IMG/VR virus record: IMGVR_UViG_3300036832_000434
Coordinates: 7,750-71,749 of that record
Length of the DNA stretch: 64,000 bases
DNA from: a virus
Reading direction: 5' to 3' (one strand)
The notes under the pieces were generated by a model that saw only the letters and a list, made by a program, of their open reading frames with translations, ran no database searches and was not told where the DNA came from. Below, in pieces: positions 56,399 through 64,000 of the stretch. Every line of letters starts with the position of its first letter. Within the stretch, counting starts at the first letter, position 1. Both the position numbers and the translations under genes were made by a program.

Positions 56399-56830
56399 AT
56401 GCCAACGATCACCGCAGCGAATTCCGTCTTTATGCTGACCGTGGTATCGCTTTTCCCGACTCCCGTACAGCTTCAAGGCTTCTCGGCTGACGATATGTGG
56501 GACACCGAGGCGATCGACAACGCGGAAACGATGATGGGCGTTGACGGCTACCTTTCCGCCGGATGGGTCGCCGTGCCGCGCGTGCAGACGATCACCCTCC
56601 AGGCCGATAGCCCGTCAAACGACTTTTTCGATAGCTGGGCCGGCGCCCAGGAAACCAACCGCGAGCTTATGGTCGCCAATGGCATCGTCCGGCTTCCCGC
56701 GCTCAGCAAATCCTATGCGCTGGTCAGGGGATTTCTGACCCAATACAAGCCGATGGCGCAGCTTCAAAAGACGCTCCGCCCGCGCCCCTATCGGATCACG
56801 TGGAATAGCATCACGGCGGCGCCGATCTGA
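56399..56830 (+). CDS. Tail tube protein (DUF3277-like)
   Basis: TIT.ANS, LQGF..DD, MGVDG.LS.G, LQADS.S. Confidence 0.88.
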   Translation: MPTITAANSVFMLTVVSLFPTPVQLQGFSADDMWDTEAIDNAETMMGVDGYLSAGWVAVPRVQTITLQADSPSNDFFDSWAGAQETNRELMVANGIVRLPALSKSYALVRGFLTQYKPMAQLQKTLRPRPYRITWNSITAAPI

Positions 56831-57321
56831 TGGCGCGACGCGAGAAGCAGATCACCATCGAGGGCGAGGGCCGCGACAAGGGCAAGGCGTTCGTCATTAC
56901 CGAAATGCCGGCTACGGCGGCGGAGAAGTGGGCCATTCGCGCGTTCCTAGCGATGGGCCAATCTGGCGTGGAAATCCCCGACGATCTCGCCCAGGCCGGA
57001 TTGATGGGCGTCGCCTCGATGGGCGTCCGCGCGCTTCTCGGGATGCCGTGGGCGCTCGTCGAGCCATTGCTTGACGAGATGTGGGCTTGCATCGCCTACA
57101 TCCCTGATCCGGGCCGGCCGGGCACGACGATTACCGGCCACTTGCTCGATACCCAGATCGAGGACGTCAGCACGCGGCTCTTGCTCCGCCAGGAAGTGCT
57201 TGATCTCCACTTGGGTTTTTCGCTCGCCGAAATCACCTCGAAATTCCGCTTGGCGATGACGGCGGGAATGACGGACGATACGTCCGATACGTCAACGTCC
57301 CCGCCATCATCGGCGCAGTGA
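56830..57321 (+). CDS. Tail assembly chaperone
   Basis: GRD.GK.F.ITEM.A..AE.WA; between tube and tape measure. Confidence 0.85.
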   Translation: MARREKQITIEGEGRDKGKAFVITEMPATAAEKWAIRAFLAMGQSGVEIPDDLAQAGLMGVASMGVRALLGMPWALVEPLLDEMWACIAYIPDPGRPGTTITGHLLDTQIEDVSTRLLLRQEVLDLHLGFSLAEITSKFRLAMTAGMTDDTSDTSTSPPSSAQ

Positions 57322-57455
57322 TTTCGGCGAACCGCGCGACACTCCACGAACTCGATACCGTCTATGGCGCGGAGGATTTATACATGCTGCTCGAAATAAT
57401 CGCCGTCGATCGCGAGAATGAACGGATCGCCGCACGGATCGCGCGCGAGGAATAG
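57213..57455 (+). other. -1 frameshift site and extension of the tail chaperone
   Basis: G GGT TTT at 57213-57219 in frame; -1 frame open to TAG at 57453-57455. Confidence 0.75.
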
Positions 57456-57460
57456 GTCCG

Positions 57461-59320
57461 ATGCCTACGATCATCGACGCACTCATCGTCACCCTCGGGC
57501 TTGACGCCAAGAATTATCAGACCGGCTCGGCACAGGCCGCGGCGACATTCACCAAGACGAAACAAAATGCCGCCCAGGCGGCGAAGGAGGTCGAAGCCTC
57601 GGGCAAGCGCGCGGCGGAATTCTTTACCTCGATCAAGAAAGAGGCGGCCGGCGCGTTCGCTCTATTCCTCGGCGGCAAGGGGATCGGGGCGTTCGTTTCC
57701 GATGCCGTGACGAGCCTCTCCGCGCTCAGCCGGACCGCGCGCAATGTCGGCACGTCATCGGTCCCGCAGATCGCCGCCATGAGTCAAGCCGTCGCCCGGA
57801 TCGGCGGCAACGCAGACGAAGCAAGGGCATCGTACCAAGCGCTTTCCGATGCGGTCGAGCGGATGAACCGGATGGGATCGCCGGAGCTTATCGGTCCGCT
57901 CAATCAGCTTGGCCTCGGCCGCGGCGCGACCATGGAACAAATTGTCGCAGCGCTTACCAAGAAAGCCGATGTCGATCCTAAATTCGCCCGCCTCATCGCG
58001 CAGCAATTGAATGTCGGCGAGGGCATCACGCAACTGATTATGCGCGGCTCGAAACAGGTCAGCGCCGATCTAGCCATGCAGAAAAGGATCGGCCTTCCGA
58101 CGGAAGAAGAAGTAAAAAGGGCGGAGCGGTTGCAGACCGCATGGGCCGATTTCTCGGCGGCGGCAACGCGCGTCGGCCAACGCCTTCTCAGTGACGTAGA
58201 GCCTTACCTTGAGGGGTTCCTTACCACCGCGACGAATCTCGTCACCGCGATCCCGCCATTGACTGATGCGATCGTCGCGCTCGGCCTCGCTTTTACCACG
58301 CTCAAAGTGTCAAGCTCGGTACTCGCCTTCCTCCGCCTGATTACCGGCTTCGGCGCGCGGGCCGGGGCCGCCGCGGCCGGGGCCGCCGCCGCCCAAGCGG
58401 GAGCCGCCGCCGCCGGGGGAGCCGCCGCGGCCGGCGGGGGCGCCGCCGCCGCCGGGGCAGGCGCCACGGCCGCCGGAGCCGCTACGGGGGGCGCCGCTAC
58501 CGCCGCGGGCGCGCTGGCGTCTCGGGGCATCCTAGCCGGCATAGCGGGGACGGCCGCGCGGTTCGCCGGTCCCGTCGGGGCATTTCTGTACGCCATGAAA
58601 CCGTCCGCCGGGGCCGGGGCCGAGGAACTCGAATTCGAGCGCCGGCATCGTGAGGGCATGGGGGCGGCTCCGCCCGCCGGCCTCGATGTCAGCAGCCGCC
58701 AGTACGGCGCTTTCAAGTCGTCGGTCTCCGGGATCGAGAGCGGCGGCCGGTATGACATCATGGGCGGATCATCCGGCCGCTTCGCCGGGCGCTACCAGAT
58801 GGGTGCTGCCGAGATCGCCGAAACCGCGCGCCGGCTCGGGGTAGCGGTGCCATCGCAGGCGCAATTCCTCGCCGATCCGGCGATGCAAGAGCGGTTCTTT
58901 GACGCCTACACGGCCGGGCATCATCAAACCATGATGGCGAATAGTGCGGCCTATCGCGCGCTCTCACCCGACAAGCAACTCGCCGCCCTCGCGTACGCGC
59001 ACAATCAGGGGGCCGGCGGGGCGATGCGCTGGCTCGCGACCGGCGCCGTCGGTAGCGACGCCTTCGGCACGCCAGGAACGCGCTACGCCGCCGCGGTCGA
59101 TCGCGCCCTAGCGGGAGGGGCCGATCCGGCGATGCTCGCCGCCTCGCGCGGGCGGCCGGCGGGCGGGGTGCCCGCGAACGTCGATCGGAGCAGCGAGGTG
59201 CATATCGCCTCGATCAATATCAACACACAGGCCACCGATGCCGATGGGATCGCGCGCTCGATCGCGCCCGCGCTCCGCCGCCGCGGCCTCGTCGCGCAAG
59301 CGAATTCCGGCCTCGCCTGA
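57461..59320 (+). CDS. Tape measure protein with C-terminal lysozyme-like domain
   Basis: T.ID.L.V.LG.D start; helical body; IESGG.Y...A.GRYQ.G. Confidence 0.85.
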   Translation: MPTIIDALIVTLGLDAKNYQTGSAQAAATFTKTKQNAAQAAKEVEASGKRAAEFFTSIKKEAAGAFALFLGGKGIGAFVSDAVTSLSALSRTARNVGTSSVPQIAAMSQAVARIGGNADEARASYQALSDAVERMNRMGSPELIGPLNQLGLGRGATMEQIVAALTKKADVDPKFARLIAQQLNVGEGITQLIMRGSKQVSADLAMQKRIGLPTEEEVKRAERLQTAWADFSAAATRVGQRLLSDVEPYLEGFLTTATNLVTAIPPLTDAIVALGLAFTTLKVSSSVLAFLRLITGFGARAGAAAAGAAAAQAGAAAAGGAAAAGGGAAAAGAGATAAGAATGGAATAAGALASRGILAGIAGTAARFAGPVGAFLYAMKPSAGAGAEELEFERRHREGMGAAPPAGLDVSSRQYGAFKSSVSGIESGGRYDIMGGSSGRFAGRYQMGAAEIAETARRLGVAVPSQAQFLADPAMQERFFDAYTAGHHQTMMANSAAYRALSPDKQLAALAYAHNQGAGGAMRWLATGAVGSDAFGTPGTRYAAAVDRALAGGADPAMLAASRGRPAGGVPANVDRSSEVHIASININTQATDADGIARSIAPALRRRGLVAQANSGLA

Positions 59321-60300
59321 TGGCGCTGATCCCGATCTCGACTCCGGCGTTTCCGAACGTCCCGAACGCGCCGGGCGTGCCTCCGGTTCTCCGCCAGATA
59401 GGCGCGGTCGCGAGTACGGCAACGCTCCTGATCGCCGATGTGCGCAAGGTCATCAACGCCTTTTCCGGCGGGGCGCAATGGGGCCTCTTTTTCCCCTCCG
59501 GTCAGCCCGCGCTCGTCGGCGTCGATAGCACCATCGCCGTCGATGTACGCCGCGACTACGCGACGAGCGACTATCCGGTCGAGCAAGGCGGGTTTGAGAC
59601 TTACAACAAGGTCATTCGCCCGCGTGAAATCCGCGTCGAGATCGCGGTATCGGGGGCCGGCTCGCTGCTATCCTCGATCGGCGGAAGCCTCGTCTCGCTC
59701 ATAACGGGAAACGATCCACAGGTCGCCAACCGGGGCCGGACGATCGATGCGATGCACGCGCTCGCCGATAGCCTCGCGCCCCTCGATATCCGCACGCCAG
59801 AGGGCGCGTATGGCGGCTACACCATCGAGCATTACGACTACCGCCGCGAGGCGCGGGGCGGGATCAGCCTCATCAAAGTCGATATCTGGCTTCGCGAAAT
59901 CCGCCAAGCGGCGAAAAACGCCTTTACGACGGAGCCGGCCAAGGCGCCGGACACGGCGACGCCGCCGACGATCACCGATCCAAAAACCGCAGGCGCCTCA
60001 CTGCCGACGAACTCCGGGGCGGTGCAGCCTTCCGTGATAACCGAAGCGCAGGCGAGCACCCTTCCGAGTGGCCCCGGTAGCGATCCCGGCATCGCCGGAG
60101 GCCCAGGCGGCGGCGGCGTGACGCCAACGGGATCGGATACACAGCCGTATTTCGACTCGTCGGGCAAGCAACTCGGCATCGCGCCGACGACGACACCGAT
60201 CGGCGGGCCGATTGTCGGCGAGTATGCCAACGGTCAGCCGGTGATCGGTGGCGCGTGGCAGCACGGTTTCTATGACCAAGCCGGGAACTGGATCAAATAG
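59320..60300 (+). CDS. Baseplate/Dit-like tube initiator
   Basis: P.VP..PGVP, DYPVEQG.F..YNKV. Confidence 0.8.
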   Translation: MALIPISTPAFPNVPNAPGVPPVLRQIGAVASTATLLIADVRKVINAFSGGAQWGLFFPSGQPALVGVDSTIAVDVRRDYATSDYPVEQGGFETYNKVIRPREIRVEIAVSGAGSLLSSIGGSLVSLITGNDPQVANRGRTIDAMHALADSLAPLDIRTPEGAYGGYTIEHYDYRREARGGISLIKVDIWLREIRQAAKNAFTTEPAKAPDTATPPTITDPKTAGASLPTNSGAVQPSVITEAQASTLPSGPGSDPGIAGGPGGGGVTPTGSDTQPYFDSSGKQLGIAPTTTPIGGPIVGEYANGQPVIGGAWQHGFYDQAGNWIK

Positions 60301-60302
60301 CT

Positions 60303-60605
60303 ATGCAAGTGATCCCGACCAACCCGGTGCCATCGCAGACGCTATCGACCGTGCTCGCCGGCCAGCCATGCCGGATCAATATCTATCAGCGCACGACCGG
60401 GCTTTTCCTCGATCTCTACGTCAGCGACGCGCTCATCATCGCAGGCGTGCTCTGCCTCAATACCGTGCTGATCGTGCGCGACGCCTATCTCGGGTTTGTC
60501 GGCGATCTCGCGTTTTTCGATACCGCCGGCCAGGATGATCCGGAGCCATCCGGCCTCGGCGCGCGTTGGCTGCTCTGCTACGTCGAAACGACGGACCGCT
60601 CGTGA
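60303..60605 (+). CDS. Baseplate small protein
   Basis: IP...P.Q, LF.DL, YLGF.GDL.F.DT.G..DP...GLG.R. Confidence 0.8.
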   Translation: MQVIPTNPVPSQTLSTVLAGQPCRINIYQRTTGLFLDLYVSDALIIAGVLCLNTVLIVRDAYLGFVGDLAFFDTAGQDDPEPSGLGARWLLCYVETTDRS

Positions 60606-61483
60606 GCTTCGCGGAACGCCGGCTCGACATCACGATCGGCCTCGGCAAAGGCGACTACGGCGAGGCCGGCGCTGACTATACCACGTTCTATTCGCTCCGC
60701 GCCGCGGCGCAGATCATCCGAACCGGCAACGGCGGTTTCTCGACGGCGACGATCACCCTCTCCGGCCTCCCGCTATCGTTCATCAACAAGATATCTTCGC
60801 TCGGGAAGCCGATCACGCGCGACCGGCTAAACACGGTCAGCGTAGCGGCCGGCGACGCCGCGAGCGGCATGGGCACCGTCTTTATGGGGACGATCCAAGA
60901 GGCATGGGCGGACTTCAACGCCGCGCCCGATGTCAAATTCACCATCGAAGCCATGAACGGCACGATGGATAAGATGCGCCCCATTCCGCCGACGTCCTAT
61001 CCAGGCCCGGCCGATGTCGCGACAGTCATGGAAACCTTTGCCCGCTCGATGGGCTACACGCTCGAAAACAACGGCGTCACCGGCCAGATACCATCGAGCT
61101 ACTTTCCCGGCACGCTCCGCGATCAGATCGAGGCGGCGCGGCTCACGGCCGACATCGATGTCTATTTCGACGACGTTCATAGTGTTCTCGTCATCTCGCC
61201 GAAGGGCGTCGCGCGTGGCACGGCGATCCCCGACATCTCGCCGGCAACCGGGATGATCGGCTACCCGGCGTATGCGGCCGGGGGGATCAGCGTGCGGACG
61301 CTCTACAATCCCGCGATCGCGTTCATGGGCAACGTCAAGATCACCTCCGGCCTACAGACGGCGTGCGGGATTTGGACCGTCAACAAGCTGAGCCACAACC
61401 TTGAAGCGCAGACGCCAAACGGCGCATGGTTCACAGAATTCGAGGCAAATCGTCTTGGCGACCCAACCACCATACCCCGATAA
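60602..61483 (+). CDS. Baseplate hub protein
   Basis: GTG overlaps upstream stop; V.AGD, F.G.I..A, ENNGV, TG.IGYP. Confidence 0.8.
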   Translation: MSFAERRLDITIGLGKGDYGEAGADYTTFYSLRAAAQIIRTGNGGFSTATITLSGLPLSFINKISSLGKPITRDRLNTVSVAAGDAASGMGTVFMGTIQEAWADFNAAPDVKFTIEAMNGTMDKMRPIPPTSYPGPADVATVMETFARSMGYTLENNGVTGQIPSSYFPGTLRDQIEAARLTADIDVYFDDVHSVLVISPKGVARGTAIPDISPATGMIGYPAYAAGGISVRTLYNPAIAFMGNVKITSGLQTACGIWTVNKLSHNLEAQTPNGAWFTEFEANRLGDPTTIPR

Positions 61484-62153
61484 TTCCGGCTATGCCGGCG
61501 CGCGAGATTTCGGCTCCGATGCCTCCGATCTGACCGCGCATAGCTTCCTGATCTCGCAGATACTTGCGAAAATCCACGGCGCGACACTTGTCCTTGTTCG
61601 TGCCGTCACGAATAGCGGGGGCGTCAGCCCGGTAGGCTTCGTCGATGTCACGCCAATGGTCAATCAGATCGACGGCATCGGCAGGGCGACGCCGCATGGC
61701 GTTATTCATGGCCTCCCGTATATACGCATCCAGGGCGGGACAAACGCGATCATCCTCGATCCCGTCGTCGGCGACATCGGCGTCGCGATCTTCGCGAGCC
61801 GCGACATCTCGGCAGTCAAGCGGACGCGCAAGATCAGCAATCCCGGAAGCCGGCGGCGCAACTCGATGTCGGATGGCATCTACATCGGCGGCTGCCTCAA
61901 TGGCACGCCGACACAATATATCCAGTTCGGGCCAAGCGGGATCGCGATGTCGTCGCCGACGGCGATCTTGCTTTCCGCGCCGGTTGTCGGGATCGATGCA
62001 CCGTCCGGATGCACCGTGACGTCGCCGACGATCTCGCTCGATGGCAACGTCGGCGCGACCGGCACGATGCAAAACAACGGCGTCAATGTCGGCTCGACCC
62101 ATCGCCATGGCGGGGTGCAGACTGGCGGCGGCAACACAGGAGGGCCGCTATGA
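61455..62153 (+). CDS. Baseplate central spike
   Basis: G.VDV.P.V, PY.R.QGG.NA.I.DP.VGD.G, C-terminal H.H.GV..G; start uncertain. Confidence 0.85.
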   Translation: MATQPPYPDNSGYAGARDFGSDASDLTAHSFLISQILAKIHGATLVLVRAVTNSGGVSPVGFVDVTPMVNQIDGIGRATPHGVIHGLPYIRIQGGTNAIILDPVVGDIGVAIFASRDISAVKRTRKISNPGSRRRNSMSDGIYIGGCLNGTPTQYIQFGPSGIAMSSPTAILLSAPVVGIDAPSGCTVTSPTISLDGNVGATGTMQNNGVNVGSTHRHGGVQTGGGNTGGPL

Positions 62154-62512
62154 AAACTCTCTTGCTCGACATCGATACCTGGGATTTGGTCAAAGACGCG
62201 CACGGCAACATCGCCGTCGCCGATGGGCCGTACGCGCTCGCCCAGGACGCCGCATCGGCGATCAAGCTCTTTGCCGGCGAGCTATGGTATGACACCTCGA
62301 AAGGCATCCCGTATTTCGATGCCGTGTTCGGCCAAGCGCCAGCGCTCGAAAACATCCGCGGGCTTCTCGTAGGCGCCGCGCTGACCGTCCCCGGCGTGGT
62401 GCGCGCGGTGGTCTATTTCTCTGACTTCACCGGCCGCAAGCTGAGCGGACAGGTCCAGATCACCGCGGCGGATGGCACGACTTCGGCGGCATCGTTCGGG
62501 GTGGGCCGATGA
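62150..62512 (+). CDS. Baseplate wedge protein (gp25/gp46-like)
   Basis: WDL..D..GNIA, AQD.A.A...F.GE.WYD...G.PY. Confidence 0.8.
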   Translation: MKTLLLDIDTWDLVKDAHGNIAVADGPYALAQDAASAIKLFAGELWYDTSKGIPYFDAVFGQAPALENIRGLLVGAALTVPGVVRAVVYFSDFTGRKLSGQVQITAADGTTSAASFGVGR

Positions 62513-63942
62513 GCGGCACGACTTCGGTCCCGCAGCCGGTATTCGGCCCGGCCGGTTTCATCGCCCCGGCCGAGGCGGACATCCTTGCCGGCGCGATCGC
62601 CGACATCGACGCGGCAATGGGCGGCGGCCTCAATCCCGCGCTCGAAACCCCGCAGGGCCAGCTAGCATCGAGCCTTTCGGCGATCGCCGCCGATAAGGAC
62701 GCGCAATTCCTCGCGCTCGCCAACTCCGTCGATCCGGCGTTCGCCGCCGGGCGGATGCAAGACGGTATCGCGCGCATCTATTTCATCACCCGCAAGCCGG
62801 CGCTCCCGACTGTCGTCCAGGCGCTATGCACGGGCCTTGCTGGCGTGCCGATCCCGACGGGCGCGCAAGCGAAGGCGGCCGACGGCACCCTCTACATTTG
62901 CACGGGCGGCGGCACGATCGGCGTAGGCGGGACCGTGACGCTCCCGTTTGCCGCGGTCGCCACCGGGCCGATCCCCTGCCCCGCGACCACGCTCTCGACG
63001 ATCTATCGCTTGGTAAACGGCTGGGACTCGATAACCAACCCGGCCGACGGCGTGCTCGGCTCCGTCGTCGAGAGCCGCGCGGCATTCGAATTCAGGCGCG
63101 GGCAATCGGTCGCACAGAACGCCGTCGGCTCGCTCGGCGCGATCCTCGGTTCGGTGCTCTCGGTCGATGGCGTGATCGATGCGATCGTGCGCGATAATCC
63201 GACGGCCGCCCCGGTGACGATCGGCGGCGTCAGCATCGCCGCTAGGAGCCTCTATGTGGCCGTCGTCGGCGGGGACTCGCTCGCGGTCGCCACCGCGATC
63301 TGGCGTAAGAAAAGCCCCGGCTGCGGCTACACCGGCAATACCACCGTCACCGTCACCGATAGCAATCCAGCCTACGTTCTCCCGCTTCCGACGTACAATG
63401 TGACGTTCGAAATCCCGACTCCGCTGACGCTCCTGATCGCGGTTCGGCTCGCGAACCTCACCTCGGTCCCTTCGAACGCCAAGACGCTCGTCGCCGCGGC
63501 GATCCAAAGCGCTTTCAGCGGCGCCGATGGCGGCCAACGGCTTCGCGTCGGGGGCACGATCTACGCGAGCCGCTTCTATGCCGGGGTCGCGGCTCTTGGG
63601 CCATGGGCGGAGATCGTCGCGATCACCCTCGGCACGACCGAGACATCCGCGGCCTCGATCACCGGCTCGATCGCCGGCACGGTGCTGACCGTGAGCGCGA
63701 TCGCCTCCGGCTCGATCGCGGCGGCGTCGATGCTATTCGGCGCCAACGTCGCCGACGGCACGACGATCGTTAATCAACTCACAGGCACGGCCGGAAGTAC
63801 CGGCACCTATACCGTGACGCCATCGCAGACCGCGCTCTCCGGCCCGATCATCGCGGCACCCGTCGCGGCGAACTCGATCGCCGTCAACATCGACCGGACG
63901 CCGGTCATCGCCACGCCAGAAATCGCGCTGATCTTGGTCTAA
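62509..63942 (+). CDS. Baseplate J-like protein
   Basis: TPQGQLA, DP..A.GR.QD.I.RIY, G...ESRA.FE.RR. Confidence 0.9.
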   Translation: MSGTTSVPQPVFGPAGFIAPAEADILAGAIADIDAAMGGGLNPALETPQGQLASSLSAIAADKDAQFLALANSVDPAFAAGRMQDGIARIYFITRKPALPTVVQALCTGLAGVPIPTGAQAKAADGTLYICTGGGTIGVGGTVTLPFAAVATGPIPCPATTLSTIYRLVNGWDSITNPADGVLGSVVESRAAFEFRRGQSVAQNAVGSLGAILGSVLSVDGVIDAIVRDNPTAAPVTIGGVSIAARSLYVAVVGGDSLAVATAIWRKKSPGCGYTGNTTVTVTDSNPAYVLPLPTYNVTFEIPTPLTLLIAVRLANLTSVPSNAKTLVAAAIQSAFSGADGGQRLRVGGTIYASRFYAGVAALGPWAEIVAITLGTTETSAASITGSIAGTVLTVSAIASGSIAAASMLFGANVADGTTIVNQLTGTAGSTGTYTVTPSQTALSGPIIAAPVAANSIAVNIDRTPVIATPEIALILV

Positions 63943-63946
63943 TCCG

Positions 63947-64000
63947 ATGGAGAATTTCAGCGCCACGATCATCTCGGCATTCGCGAACAGCGCCTCGATC
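63947..64000 (+). CDS. Start of next baseplate wedge protein (DUF2612-like), truncated by window end
   Basis: MENFSATIISAFANSASI directly after baseplate J. Confidence 0.55.
   Translation, partial: MENFSATIISAFANSASI

Larger units (their letters stand above)
1..64000. mobile_element. Temperate-type myovirus genome or prophage, probably incomplete at both ends
   Basis: Continuous phage synteny: recombinase, RecT, CI/Cro, replication, terminase, portal, capsid, sheath, tube, tape measure, baseplate; no host core genes. Confidence 0.95.

Noticed and set aside
58350-58520. GCC/GGG-rich low-complexity tract
   Set aside because: Encodes a Gly/Ala linker in the tape measure protein

Overview
The whole window (about 66-68% GC by eye) is most of one tailed phage or prophage genome, with no host housekeeping genes. 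The host is probably an alphaproteobacterium, judged from GcrA-, GapR-, DUF3309- and DUF3489-like genes. Order: leftward accessory/recombination operon (tyrosine recombinase, GcrA-like, MarR-like, RecT); CI/Cro-like switch; rightward replication operon (GapR/RMF-like fusion, RuvC-like, initiator with iterons, ProQ/FinO, Q-like); leftward accessory block and DUF932; ParB-like + C5 DNA methyltransferase + CmoA-like genes; terminase; and a myovirus head/tail/baseplate module (DUF1073 portal, MuF, DUF2213, DUF2184 capsid, DUF4054, DUF3383 sheath, baseplate J) cut off at the right edge. No lysis cassette, tRNA or att site was recognised. Main candidates for new biology: (1) a C5 methyltransferase whose motif-X Asn is Arg, linked to a CmoA (carboxy-SAM synthase)-like gene, suggesting DNA cytosine carboxymethylation; (2) a 1458-aa portal fused to a kinase-like domain, helical repeats and an R-S-E ADP-ribosyltransferase behind a possible maturation-protease site; (3) a four-copy promoter plus leader hairpin element with fixed spacing. 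All family assignments are from motif recognition by eye; no database search or k-mer count was run.
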